Shown one piece after another: positions 14,790 through 30,039 of a stretch of DNA of 64,000 nucleotides (position 1 is the first letter of the stretch; each line of letters begins with the position of its first letter). The position numbers and the translations under genes were made by a program. The DNA lies in the NCBI GenBank assembly GCA_012295275.1, contig CM022673.1:22196001-22260000 (forward strand), given 5' to 3'. The notes under the pieces are model-generated. The model was not told where the DNA came from, made no database searches, and saw only the letters and a program-made list of their open reading frames with translations. This stretch comes from Chrysomallon squamiferum (taxonomy: Eukaryota; Animalia; Mollusca).

Positions 14790-15165
14790 CTACGTAAAAA
14801 GATAACTCCATACAGTAATAATGACGTATAAAAATAACACTATAAAGTAAAAATTACTTATAAAAATAACTACAACTTATGTGAAATAGATGTATATTTC
14901 TCTGTTTAATAAAAATAATAAATTACTTTTCAGGTAAATGCATTTAATAACAAAGTAATAATTACGTATAAAGATAACACCACAAAGTAATAATGACATA
15001 AAATAACACTACAAAGTAATGATTACGTATAATAATAACACTACAAAGTAGTAATTACTTATTAATATAACACAACAAAGTAAAAATTACTTATAAATAT
15101 AACACTAAAAAGTAATAATTACGCATAAAGAAAACACCACAAAGTAATATTTATGTATAAAAATA
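14790..15165. repeat. Degenerate 32-bp minisatellite (TACAAAGTAATAATTACGTATAAAAATAACAC), about 9 copies, interrupted by an insert
   Basis: Recurrent caaagtaa...ataacac units about 32 nt apart. Confidence 0.85.
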
Positions 15166-15447
15166 GGACGGGTAGATCCAAATCAAAGGAAGCATCACTG
15201 ACATCAATAGGCGTAATGAAATAAATAAAGAAAACTAATTAAATAAAATAATTTAAAAAAAAAAATAAATGAAGGAAGAAGTAAAAAAAAAAAAAAAAAA
15301 AATAATAATAATAATAAAAAAAAAAAAAAAAAAAGGTGAAACAGACAGATGTATTTCTAAAACATCTAATATTCCGAAGGCAATATCATTAATATGTAGG
15401 CACAAATATCTGTAATTAAATATGTTAAAACATATCAGTTTAAAACA

Positions 15448-15497
<50 letters not shown>

Positions 15498-15576
15498 GTG
15501 TGTGTGTGTGAATAAATAAATAAATAAGTAAATAATACAAAATGTAAGGCAAATAAGGAAAATAACATTAAAATTA

Positions 15577-15612
<36 letters not shown>

Positions 15613-15927
15613 TTATATCCATAAAGTTCATTGATAAATAAACGTTTCATACTCTGAAAACTCGAAAGTCTAATTGAAATTCTGCACAAACAATTACAGT
15701 TTCAATTGTTTTCATCTGTTCAGTAACATCACGTGACCGGTATTATCCACGTGAGTGGAACACGTCAGTTTAGTAATGATTATTTCTCAATTCAGATGAG
15801 TCATTCCTCGCGACGCGTGCTTCAGATACGTCAATTAAATCTTCATTATGAGTAAGATACACACGTGTGGGTAAATAAAAAGAAAAGAAAAATATAAAAT
15901 ACTTAAACACAAATATAATAAAGGGTA

Positions 15928-15988
<61 letters not shown>

Positions 15989-17189
15989 TGTTATCGTTTT
16001 TATTATTATTATTATTATTATTATCACATGGGAAAATGGATAAAATATTATTCTGTGTTCACTTTTCCACTTTTCAATACAATTTATTTATTTATTATTA
16101 TTTTTTTTTTTATATATAAATTGCATTTTTTTATATATATATTCTCTGACAAAGTCGGAATGTATTTAAAGAAAAGAATATGTAGAATGATAATTTTGAT
16201 TAAACCTATGAAATTGTAACACAATAATTAAACTGTTGCTATCACTGCTGCTGTGACTGCTATTAATATTAATACTACAATTACTACCATCACCACCACC
16301 ACTACTACTACAACCAATTCTACCACTAATGCTACTGATATTCTTCTACTCTATTACTACTACTCTTCTTGACAGCAACAGCAGCAGCAACAACAACAGT
16401 AACAATAATTTCTAAAAATTTAATACATTAAAGTCAGTTGAATTTATACATAACATTCTAAAATTGTTTTTCGCTAAGTAAGTTATAGTAATTAATTTTA
16501 TACAAGAAGGAGAAGCAGAAGAAGAAAAAGAATAATAAAAAGAGAGAAGAAGAAGACTATCTACTTACTTCGTATAACTAACTTTAATTAATTTTCTTCA
16601 TACTTGCTAAACATTTTCATGTTTACATATTTTCTTAGAAGTTTTAATATTTATTAGTTTGGACTATAATCAATATTTTCACTAAATCGTATTTGCTTTT
16701 TGTAAATCTTTTTAGAAACAAACTCCAAACCATATAATCGTAAATTTAATTCTTTTTTTGTTTTTCGTCAGACTAAGAATATGACATTATATGTAATTAC
16801 AACAAGAGTAAAAGTATTTTCTAACAAATATTGGTTTATAAGTTAACGTTTTCGAAATTGTTAGTTTTTCCTAAGAAAAATGTTATTAAAAATTAATTAA
16901 TTTAATATACTTGTGTATTTTATTTTTTTATTTTATTTTTTTATTTATTCCAGTTTTCATTTTCATAATTAGTAATAAATTTAATTTATTTTCTACTCTC
17001 TGAGAAATAAAATAAAAGTAAATGAATAACTTTATAAATACTTTAATAAATAAATTAACATAAAACATACACAAATATTTTAATAAATAAATAAATAAGT
17101 TATTTGTTTAATTGATTGATTGATTTTTGATTAATATCATAAAATAAAATTTAAAAACCTCTGAAATTTAAGTAAAATTTAAGAGTAAA

Positions 17190-17435
17190 AAAGACTTCAG
17201 ATAAATGCACAAACAATAATTTTAGGCAAACCAAAATGTTCTGAAAAAATAAAATATTATTAGTTTAATACTGTTTACTTGCCAAGCAGTACATATATAA
17301 ATCAAAATGCAAACACACAAATAGCTAATTGGATACCAAAATGTTCTCAACATGTTTTATACAGATTAATATACTTGTAAGATTAACAAATGAACAATTA
17401 AATTTGAAGAAAAATGGATAAAATGTAAATGATGT
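17190..17435 (+). mobile_element. Decayed L1/Tx1-like ORF2 extreme C-terminus
   Basis: Across frameshifts reads INAQTIILG...NIISLIL.LAKQYIYKSKCK...KFEEKWIKCK*, the typical C-terminal pattern of Tx1/L1-clade ORF2. Confidence 0.6.
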
Positions 17436-18322
17436 CATAACTACTTATGGATAAAAATGCAAAAATATGTAAAGATTTTATTTATCTTTCTATTTTATTT
17501 ATTCCATTTATGTCCATCTTACCATAACATACACTTTGTATTTATATGACAAACATTTACTATGAGGAGTATCTAGAATATATATATATGTATATATATA
17601 TTTTTTTCTGTTGATGATTTGGATACATCTGTATTTTAACACATAAACTTACTTTTATATTTTGTTAGTTGTATTACGTTTTTCACTGTGTATTCTGTTG
17701 TGAAAACAATTTCAAATCTAATGAAATTTAAATAATTAAATAACCACTGAAAAGACTGTAGAAATAAAATTTATATAAAAAATAAACAAACAAAAATATT
17801 AATTGTTTGAAATATACATTAATATACACTTGTGATACCTGAACAATCAGCATACTGGATAAATATTTGAGATATTTATTATAATTATTACAACCTTGAA
17901 TACATCGGTCAGTGAAATAATTGCATGTTTCTATCAGATATTTCCATATTGATATATTAGGACAGTTAAAACAGTTGGAAATAACTTTATAAAACAATTT
18001 AAAAAAACTTCGGGGTAAATAATATATCTATCTAAACGTTTTTATTGTCATAGAACACATTCAAAAATAAATATACCAAAATGATGTAAAAAGTGTTAAT
18101 TTTTCTTAGCTTTCTATAATTTGACAAATAAATAAATAAATAAAGAAAGAAATAATAATTAAATAAATAACAACAATAAGAAACAAAGAGAAACAGACAG
18201 GGGGAGATATAAATAGATAGAGAGACAGACAGACAGAAATATAGATAGAGAGATAGAAAGAGAGATAGAAAGATTGATTGATTGAATGAATGACTGAGAG
18301 ATAAAGATTGAAAAAGAGACCG

Positions 18323-18476
<154 letters not shown>

Positions 18477-18734
18477 GAGGTAAAGTTTCAAATATTGTCT
18501 TCATTTGTTTGTTTGTTTGACTGGATTTTGCTTTTGAATTTTTGAATTTTATTTTCGATAATGATAATGATAGTGATCAATATATCAATAAATAAGTAAA
18601 AGCTACCACTGGATTTAATAATCATCTTAAATATACCTAATAAAATTTTGGTACTAGAGAGCTATTGGTTAAATCAATACAAGAAATAAAAAAATTAAAA
18701 AAAAAAAAAAAAAAAAGAAAGAGAAAAAGAGAAA

Positions 18735-18793
<59 letters not shown>

Positions 18794-19240
18794 TCATAAC
18801 CTGTTGCAAATCGTTTATTAAACTAACCCTCCCCTCCACAGATCTCTATGGTTTCGCCCCTGTAGATTATATATCGATAACCTAGGATAAGCAGAGCTCG
18901 GGTGACAGACAGTGTTTTGCAGAGCTCGACGCCGTGTGTTTAGAATCGTTGTTTGTTGTATCTTAAAACCCGCGTTTACCTCACGCCGCTTTCGAGGTTT
19001 TTCGTAAAAATACGTAAACTCTATTTCTCTTTGGGGAATGACAGTGTGTTTCTTTGATTTTCTTTTCTTTTTGTTTGTTTTCTTTCCGTTTTCGGGGAGG
19101 GGTGTTGTTTATGTTTTTATCTTTCTTCCTTTTTGTAAAACCCAGCAGCAGTGGTAATGTAAATAACCAACTTGTGGAACACAACCACTGCTAAATATTA
19201 AATTCAAGGTGGCACGCTGATTTCACTGAAATATTCTGCA

Positions 19241-19283
<43 letters not shown>

Positions 19284-19400
19284 GTTGTTTGTGTTTTATA
19301 TATATCTACAGCGAGAGAAAGAATATACTAGTAGTAATAACAGCAGCAACATTAGTACAATAGTTGTAATAATAGTACCTGTGGCCGTAGTAGAAGCAGC

Positions 19401-19458
<58 letters not shown>

Positions 19459-19757
19459 TTATTATTATTATTCATTCATTCATTCATTCATTGTTATTGT
19501 TATTATTATTGTTATTATTATTGTTGTTGTTGTTGTTGTTTATCCAAAGATAAATTATTAATGGCACAAAAACCCCTTTGTTTTATGCAGTGAAAACTAC
19601 TAATGGATATTACTTGATGCCTTTTAATCACGTTTAAATAATTATAATTGCTACAGTTATTATTATTATTTTAAACTAATTATGATGTTCAATTTCATTG
19701 TTATAAGATCACCAACATCATCAGGGTTATTATTATTGCTACTACTACTACTACGAC

Positions 19758-19809
<52 letters not shown>

Positions 19810-20769
19810 TGAATTTACAATTGGATTATACGAAATATATCAGGTTCGAAAAATTATTTATAATCTTTATTAAATTTTTATTTTTGTAAAAGAAAAATTA
19901 TAAAAAGGCGCAATAATTAAATATATTATATCACGAATAAAATAATTTTATAAGATTTCAATAAATAAATAAATACATTTTTTAAAACAATAATAAATCT
20001 CTCTCTCTCTCTCTCTCTCTTTCTAGCACGCACGCACATTCACACACACAGTCATATCGGACATACACACTCATGCACAGACATGCATTATTACACACAT
20101 GTATTTACATACATTGATATGTACATTCAAAACTCCTCACTATCTTTGTTTTTCTTAAAGATAACTAAATATAAATAAACAACTTTTAAACAACAACAAA
20201 ATTAAAAAGACGAAATTAAATTACATTAGAAGAAATATTAATAATATCTATTTTTATGCTCTCCAGTTTTCTTTATGACAATTTTAATTTTATTTTTATC
20301 ATCATCTTTATTAATGGGACGAGTTTAAATGTTAATTTTCTGTGTTGAAAACGTTCATACTCAAACTTTGCTGAAACTGACTGTTTCGCTAACACAAGTA
20401 TTATGTAGTTATAAAAATAAAAATAATTTGTTCTTTCTAACTGTACACACAGTCAAAGATTTTTAAACAGTACCATATTGTATTGGGTATGTCTCGTTTT
20501 TAATCATTTCTATTGTCAAATTTCCGTTTTATTTCTGCATTTCTTCTTCTTTTTCTTCTTCTTCTTCTTTTAAATAAATAAATGACAAAAGGTTTTTAAT
20601 TCACATTTGTACTACAATTAAGCTTTATGTACAAATTTCCAAAATTTATTAAAAGATTTAGTGAAATGTTTATACTTAAATTACATAATTAATTACAAAA
20701 TAACACAACACTTCAATATTTTGATTTACTAACACCTTATGAAATAAGTTAAATTATTTCAGGCATGAA

Positions 20770-20823
<54 letters not shown>

Positions 20824-20932
20824 TACTTTTATTTTTTATGAACACATATGAATGAATTATCTGTTGTTTATTCCTATTCATAATTAATTATTAACAATTT
20901 AAGAGATAAGCAGAAAACAAAATAACAGTAAT

Positions 20933-20978
<46 letters not shown>

Positions 20979-21778
20979 GTAAAAATAACAAACAAACAAA
21001 CAAAATAAATAATTAAATAAATATCAAAAACAAACCATAGCGAAAACAATAGCAGTAATAAATATATCATACAGAATTCTAAACAAATAAATTTGTAACT
21101 AAAATTATAACAATAGTAATAGTGTGATAGTGGTAGTAATAGCTGTAGTAGTAATAGTAACAGTAATAGTAGTGGTAGTGGCAGTTGTAGTGGTGACAGT
21201 GACGGTGCTGGTGACGTAATAATCATAAAAGTAGCAGCAGCAGTAGCAGTAGTAGTAATACTTATTTATCTTATTAAAATTATTGTTGTTATTTATAATA
21301 CATTTTTTAATGCTTAAACTTACTAGATTTATTCTAAAGATATTTAAAAAGTAATAATTTCACTTAAGATATTATATTTATCGCATCATCTCTGCTAATT
21401 TTGAAAAAACATATTATTATTATTATTATTATTATTATTTTATTTTATTATTATTATTTATAAAATTGTATTTAAAAAGGTATGTTTGTCTTTAATATAA
21501 ATATTACAGATACTTGTGATTTTATATATATAAATTTCACATCATTTAGAGCCATTAATTAATATACAAACATTTGATAAAAAGGTCTGATTAACACATA
21601 TGTACATGTATATATATAGCTAAACATCTTGAAAATGTTCTTAATACATATTTTGCTACACAAATAATATTTAGGAATGTGCTTTTGGAAACATTTTGCA
21701 AACTGAATTTGTAATGACATACAAAGACACAAAGGATAAAATGATGATAAAATAATAATAATAATAATAATAATAATA

Positions 21779-21816
<38 letters not shown>

Positions 21817-23439
21817 CTTTTTAATTAAATAATATCAGCAATAACTTTAATGGATTTTTTTTTTTAAATATCTGTAATCTCTGTTTTCCCTCAGTTATTA
21901 ATGTTCTCTGAAAATGCATTAATTATAAGGTATTCAAATATATTAACCAAATGTTAATTAAAGTATGAAAATATCAGTTTTTTTGCCTAATACAATTCAA
22001 AAGAGGTTTTTAATTTATATTAATAATGTAAATTTTTCAACGCTAGAGAGTTATTTCAAATTTTATTAATATTAGTAAAATAGTAATTTTATATTACTTT
22101 GTAAAATACTACTACTACTACTATTAATATTGCTGTTGCTGCTAATACTAACACTGGTACAACTGTTACTACTACTACTACTGTTACTTCTATTATTACT
22201 GCTAGTTTTACTGCTGCTTCTACTGACAGTAACGTTACTGTTTCTACAACAACTCTTACTTCTACTGCTAATAATAATAATTATAATAATAATAACAATA
22301 ATAACAGTAGTAGCAGTAGTAGTAGTAGTAGTAGTAATAATAATAATAATATTAATAATAATATCAAAATGAATAATAATAACCATAATGATAACAATAA
22401 ACAATGACGAATATAATAATGATGATGATGATGACAATTAAGTTACAATATTATGAAATAGAAATGAATGTTACAGAGCACAGACAAACACTAAATTATT
22501 ATTTTTGTTACAAGCGAGACACAGGTTAATTTCACTGTTTCTCTACGTATTCTGTTTTACACGTGTAGTTCACAAACAGCAGAGGCGTGTCAATACAAGT
22601 AATTTAGGAGAGGACCGTGCTGACGTTAGATAGCAATGTTCATCTTGTTGAATTTATTTACTGCGATTTTAGTGCAATTTTAAGCAATATTTGAACAATA
22701 TAAAAAATTAGAACTTGTTCTGCATTAATTGCTGTTTATTTATTTATCAGTTTATCTTTCTTTTTTTTTTTCTTTTTTCCATTGATAAAGTATTTGTATT
22801 CAAATTTCTTCTTTTTTTTTCTTAAAATAAAAAGTAGAACTTTGTGTGAAAAAACAAATGAACAAAGCAACTTCACTTAATTCACCAGTTATTTAAAAGT
22901 CAGCATTATTTCTTGCTTCGGATGTTTCATTTTGTTTGCGTTTGCGTGTATATGCGACATGCAACATGCGTTTTAACTTACGTACCGGATAGTAGTTCAT
23001 AAACAAAATAACCGTAAAATATTTCATAACGTATTACTCAGGACAGTAACAGCGGAAAAGAGGAATAGAAAAGTAAAATAAAGAAGAGAAAGAAAATAAT
23101 TATTTGGAAGCTGTAATAAAAACTATTTGCTAAATTAATTTGTAATTTAAAAAGATCATGTATGAAGACGATTATTTAATGTTTTATCTTTACAAAATCT
23201 ATTTTTTAAATTTGCTTGTTTGAAATACAGATGAGCAGACCATTTTCTCCTTTTTGTAGGTGAATATAAACAACAGGGAGAAAGAAAATAAGTATAATTA
23301 TTAATTAATAATATCTTATAATAATTGTTGTGTTAAGGCGTGGCTTGTTGCTTGAATTATAATTCCTAATAATTAATGTAAAATTAAATATTAATTTCAC
23401 GAGACAAAGAGGTATATATTTCTCTCCGATCACTGTTTT

Positions 23440-24210
23440 ATCTTTTAGATCTAAAACGCACTTCGCATCAAAAGCACGCGACCCACGCTGCCGCACGGTA
23501 CCCATTGTTTGCTTCTTATTATGTTAGCTAGGCCCTATCTGCTCCGCTTTACAACCAACCAATCAAAATCAAGATCATTCCTAGCGCACTAGACTCTCAT
23601 TGGCCCTTCGATGATTTGTCTATAAATAACCCTAAGGTAAATAATACCGGCTGGCTCATTGACAGATCACGTGACTCTCTCAATTTGCCTGCGTTAAAGG
23701 CTTGAATAAGGATTAATTAATTTTACTGGATATTTCGGATAAACGAAGCAACTTCAAGACCCAGATGTAAGTATATTTAATTGTCATATTAGCAGAATTA
23801 AATATTCGTACATAGGTAGCATATAACGATGTGCCAGTCGGAAAGTAGGGGTCAAAATATTTCCGTTGGTGTTCCCGACGCGAACAACAAATTTTCCAAG
23901 ATGGCGACAACAGAGGCGAAGAGCAGATATTTCGCGAGCTCGAACGAAGTGCTTGACATTTTTGTACGACAGTAGGAGGCCAATAAGCAAGATTTCGTTT
24001 GCATTTATTAGATTCGTTCTGCTAAGTTAGCCCGCTTTTGATGTTCGTTACTGTGGATGCATTTTGAAACGATAATATTAAAGTTGGTGTCTGCTGCTTG
24101 GACTGCCGCTGTCGTATGTTTTGCTCGACAGGGTCATTTGCGAGTGACTGCTGGAGAGAGAGGGAGGGAGAGATTCCGCGCCAGTCGCCTGATTCTCTTT
24201 TCGGTCAACA
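23440..24210 (+). promoter_or_regulatory. CpG-rich promoter-like region, candidate TSS/first exon of the BMI1-like gene
   Basis: Dense CpG; CCAAT 23559, ATTGG 23599, TATAAATA 23621, TCACGTGAC 23667, YY1-type CAAGATGGCG 23897-23906. The ATG exon at 33066 starts at a splice acceptor, so an upstream exon is expected. Confidence 0.55.
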
Positions 24211-24435
24211 TCATAAAAAACATAAATTTGCTATGAAAAGTACCATATGTCATTTCGTTGATGAGGACAAAATTTAAAACATTTGTTTTTCTCACACTAA
24301 TATAATTTTTAATCAGACAGAAAGCAAATAGATTTTTTTCTTCTTTTATTATTATTATTTTTTTAATTTTTAATTATTATTATTATTATTTTTTGGTTTG
24401 TCGTTAAATGTTAAAATTCCATTACACGATGTGTA

Positions 24436-24476
<41 letters not shown>

Positions 24477-25709
24477 TAAGTATGATAACAGCATCATGAG
24501 ATATTTTATTATTAACCTGACAGTGTTTTGAAATGTCTAGCCGCGAACAATGCAGTCGACACTTTGCTTCTGGTCAGTCAGTATTCCAGTCCTATTTGCA
24601 GTAGAAATTGCAACGCGTGACACCATATTACGTTAGCTCGTTCATCCTAGACAAAACAATGGTAGACATAACATGCAGACCATTGTTATTAAGCAAAACT
24701 GGCTAGAAACCCTCCAGAATAACTGCTATAACTGTTATTCCCGTAATTAAACTTTTACGTTTTTGTTTACAATAATCAGACCATTTTTTAGAATAATTTG
24801 ATTAAAATGCAAATTTTATCATGAGTTATTACTGAAATATTTTAACTTCCAACTCAGAAATAAATTCATGTTTTAAAGCGCATTCACATCGATCGAATTC
24901 TGGTTGCTCTTGACTTTTTAAAAATAATAAATTATTTATATGTCATAATGCTTTCTTGTTGGGGAGGGTAGAAAAGAAATATTTAAAATTTCTTCCTAAA
25001 CAATAAATTTTGCTTTGTTTGTTTGTTTGTTTTAATTATTATTCTGTACAATTATTAATATTACTGTTGTTGTTTTTAAATAAAATATTATTTATTTTAT
25101 TTTTAAATGAAGAAAACCTGCTTTGATGTCAGATTGGAAAAAATCCTAATTTTAAGTAATCATGGAAAAAATCATTGATGTTTCATAAAGAAAGATCAAA
25201 TAAAATTATTATTATATTTCCTGTAAATACCAACAAAACGTTTATAAATTCGATAAATCGTTCTGGAAAGTTAAAGTACCATAATATTGACTGTAAAATG
25301 TAAATAAGCTATCACATCCGTCAACATATCTAAATGTTACATAACCATAAATTTATCACTAGATTTTGTTTCCCAATAATAACAAACAGCTAAGGACTTG
25401 CCTACTTACGCCCCACCCATATAGAGCCTCCTCGCCACCTGATTCGCTGCAAGCTGGGTTCCCGGGTCTGGGCTTTGAGAGGATTCATTGTCGACTGCGG
25501 TCGTTAGATTTCATTAGTCATTAGCCTGTGATATTCCATAGTGATATTATGTTAGTTTAAACTGTTTCGCTTCAGACATGGTTTTCGTTTTATTTACAAA
25601 CTGTTTTTAAACAGTTATTTAAGCGATGATATTGGAACTTTAATAATGTTTGATATAGAGTGTCGAAATTAAATTCGTTATTAATTATGATGATTATTAT
25701 TATCATCAA

Positions 25710-25752
<43 letters not shown>

Positions 25753-26112
25753 GAAAATAATGTATTCGTTTGTGATTTCATAAAAACATAATAAAACTAT
25801 GTAATATAGCTGCAGGAATACCTTTTACGTGTAATCAATATAGCATGCGTGTTTAGAATACAGTCTCACTTTTCAGCATTTTTTTTTTTTTTTTTTTTAT
25901 TCAAACGGCTGTTTGGGTAGTATTTTTAGGGTTTTGATGATAGCTTCTTTAAATATGTTGTTTTCTTTACTAACAATGTTTCTTTAATTAAACTAAACAT
26001 GACGGACTATTTGCAAAGTTCAAGGTTTTGTTCGGCTTTATGCTGCATCGCGACAAACTTGTTTAATGAAAACTCTACCACTGCGAAGTATCGTATGCAT
26101 ACACATAATCGT

Positions 26113-26215
<103 letters not shown>

Positions 26216-26847
26216 GTCAGCTTGGCAGATAATAAATGTATTAATGGATGATTTACTGAAGTGACAGAAATGAAAATTTATTCTTTATTGGATATATAAT
26301 ATATTAATTATAATATCAGTCTTTATTTTTTTTAAATCCGGAAACAAAAAGAAAAAAGTGTTCGCCTGGATTAACATCAACATTATGTAGTGGGATAATG
26401 TTCTGTATATTTATATAGCAAAATAATTATATTATGCTTTGAAAAAGATATAGCTTTGTTTATTTCAAACATTACAATCACAGTTTGTATACATTAGTTT
26501 CTCTTTCTCTCTCTCTTTGTTCCTGTCTCACGCACACTCACATATAAAACATTTTGACGGACATGAGAAAAAACTTAGAACTAAAGGTGTTTTAGTGTGT
26601 ACATTCATGGCTTATTGTCCAACCGTTTTGCAGTGCATCAAACAGCATTAAATGGTAACATCTCAATTCTGTTTTGGATTTGTGTGTAAGCTCGTTAATT
26701 TTAGCATAGCTGCTGACATTTATACAAATGAAGGGTGAGTTATCTGTCGCAATTAAACCGCACTTATAATCCCGCCACGTAAGTAGTTAATAGGAAAAAA
26801 TAAAGTAGAAATTACTATATTATCTGCGTGTTATTTTTAACAAACCT

Positions 26848-26930
<83 letters not shown>

Positions 26931-27297
26931 ATAATACTGTCGAAATAGTGTTTTGTTGTTGTTATTATTATATTCAGCCACAACCAAATAGTTGCTTAAT
27001 ATGTTACTGATAACAACAACAACAAAGTTTGTAAAATTGAAAGGATAAATGCCACCTGTCTTTTTCAGTAAGAAATTATGAAAAAAAAAATGATACCACT
27101 ATTTTATTTTTATCTTTTTTCTTCTTATTATTATTACTGTTATTTCAGAAAACAGTGGTATGGCTCAATTCTGTTGTTTTTTTCCACCCTTTTCTCAGTT
27201 TTCTCTCTAGTTTTCCCATTAACCTTATCTGGATGATTCAAGCACTTGTAATTGCTCTCTCAATGTTTAGAAAATAAGTAATATTAATAATTGTACA

Positions 27298-27365
<68 letters not shown>

Positions 27366-27803
27366 TAAAGAAAGCAACTATTTAAAATGAAGCTACAGCA
27401 CTAACTCTCAAGAACTTTGCCTTGGGGAGGAATAATAAGATTATCGAGCTTCGAAAGCACTTTTAAAACGGTCACATTTAACTGGGCTGTTTCTTCATGA
27501 AGTTCATTCCAGCGGTCCTGAAAGTGCTGTGCCTAAAATAATCGATTATATAACAAAACAGCGCATCATTCTGTCACTCCGTAAACACGTGCTACATTTA
27601 TGTGCACCACATGTTTAGAATTTTTTTAAATTTATATCTGAAAAACACCATCGTGCTGATTTTGAATAACTATGTGTATGTATTTAACTCTATCAGTATT
27701 TTACGTTGGTAAAAATAAAATATTAACATTTTCATTTTCGGGATATATTGGTAGATATATAAAAATTATAAGCCAGTTTGTTTTGTTATTCTTTAGTAAT
27801 TAA

Positions 27804-27907
<104 letters not shown>

Positions 27908-29671
27908 CTCTCATTTATATGACTATTTATTATGATATAGTTTTGTTTAGCGACAGAGGGCAATATGGTTCTAGCAGTATTATTTGTTCGTTTACTCAAT
28001 TGACTCGAATCCGGAATAAATAAAACATTAATCGCAGTGCAACGTCATCTGAATATGTTATTTGATAACTACCTTTTTTATATAACGCAAACATTAAGCG
28101 ATAAATACCGAACAAAATTACATAAATGCAGTTGTGATCTAGAATATGTAAAACAGAAATGGTATCATTTCTCAGTACTTTATAAAATATCAACATTTTA
28201 AATGTTTAAGCGAGGCTGTACAAACAATGAACATCAAATATTAAAAATAAAGTATTAATAAAATTATAAGTTAATAAGAAATATAAAAAAAACTGCACAT
28301 ACATGTAAATAAATAATTCTACAAAACGAGTACGGGGGGAGTTTCAGCGATACATAGTATCGATATTACTATTTTTAAAATGTTACTTTTTAGTTTTCTT
28401 TTTTTATACGCACTGAACGTTTAAAGATAGTTACCTACGTATTTTGTTTTAAACCTTTGTTTACCATTACCAGTTTAAAAGGAGTAAACATTTTAATTCT
28501 TCCAGTTTGTTTTGCATTTATGGAAGGGTTGAATAGATAAATTTAAATGCTGTAACACTGTCAAGCCGTCCTTAGTATGAAAATGGTGGGTCAAAATGTG
28601 GGTTGCTTTCAGTGGTACGTGGGTAAACAGCGTTCATTATTATATTCTAATTACTCTTTAAATATGTTTACTTTTACGTTCTCGGTTAATAATAATAATA
28701 ATAATAATAATCGGCAACTGTTTATGGGCACGCTTCAGTCAGCAGACAGCGCTCCGACAATAACAAACATTGAAATATATAAAAATGTTCCCATCACTGA
28801 AAGTTCTCAACTCGTTGTACCACGAATATCGAGAGCGAAACCGATGTTATATAAGCTATTTCTGAAATTACTTAAGTACTACTATTAATAGCTAACTGTT
28901 TTAAGGTTCACTGCTAATACTCTTATAAAATCTTGCTTTTTTCTGTTAAACTGTTTTTATATTAGTGTTGTTGTCTCTATAACATCTATTTCTTTTCGTA
29001 TCTCTTATTTCTGATTACTTTTGGCGATTATTATATTTTACGTCTTGATGAATATTAAATTCTTTCATGTATTAGTTGTTAAGACTCAACTATCAAAGGA
29101 CTTTATTTAGTTTTTCCCATTTTACGGTGAACTGTCTATAAAATACTGTTTTCTGCTATTTGATCAAAAATAATTCTTAGAATGACTGTAACCTTCTTTT
29201 TTTTTCTTTATATAGGCTATAAGATAAAAAAAAAAAAAAAAAAAAAAAAAAGAAAAGAAAAAGGCGCGTAGTTAAATAAATACAGACAACATTAATTTAA
29301 TCAGTTCTTTTTATAAATTGGTGCAGATTTTGAAGAAAGGTCCTATGTAATATTAATGGAAAGAATTAATTTATTACTAGTGTGTTATCGCATTGCAATG
29401 ATTATGATATTACAGTGAGCTGACAGTGTTTTTTTTTTGTTTTGTTTTTATTTAGTTAGTTAATATTTATTTTTAGTATTTGCACTAATTTGTTTTACCA
29501 TAACTCTTTTTAATTAACTTCTTTCTTAATGTTATTGCTGCAGTTATACTAGTTCTAACATGTTTACAGTAGATTAAATTATTATTTGGTTAGAACTGCT
29601 GAAACGTTAATGCTTCATCGTTAGGGGTTGATTATACCAAATTACCAAATCATCATACATCACGTTTAGTT

Positions 29672-29752
<81 letters not shown>

Positions 29753-30039
29753 GTAGTAGTAGTAATATAAAAAGTGTCGTGAAAAAGAAAAGACGTGCGA
29801 CTATGCTTTATTATAGGCTAGATTTTTGGCCATTCAGTTATATGAAAGTCAGCAGAATTAGATTGTAGTTTTTATCGAACTGTTTCTCAGTGTGGCACTG
29901 TCAATATTAAATACATATAGGTGAAACAATAACAGACGCCATGTCAATCTTCTTTGTTCAGCAAATGCATTTCGTTTTGTTTCTGAAGGTTGTATACACA
30001 ACATCTTCGCTGGCACCTTGTCGTTTAATTAAAATTCGT

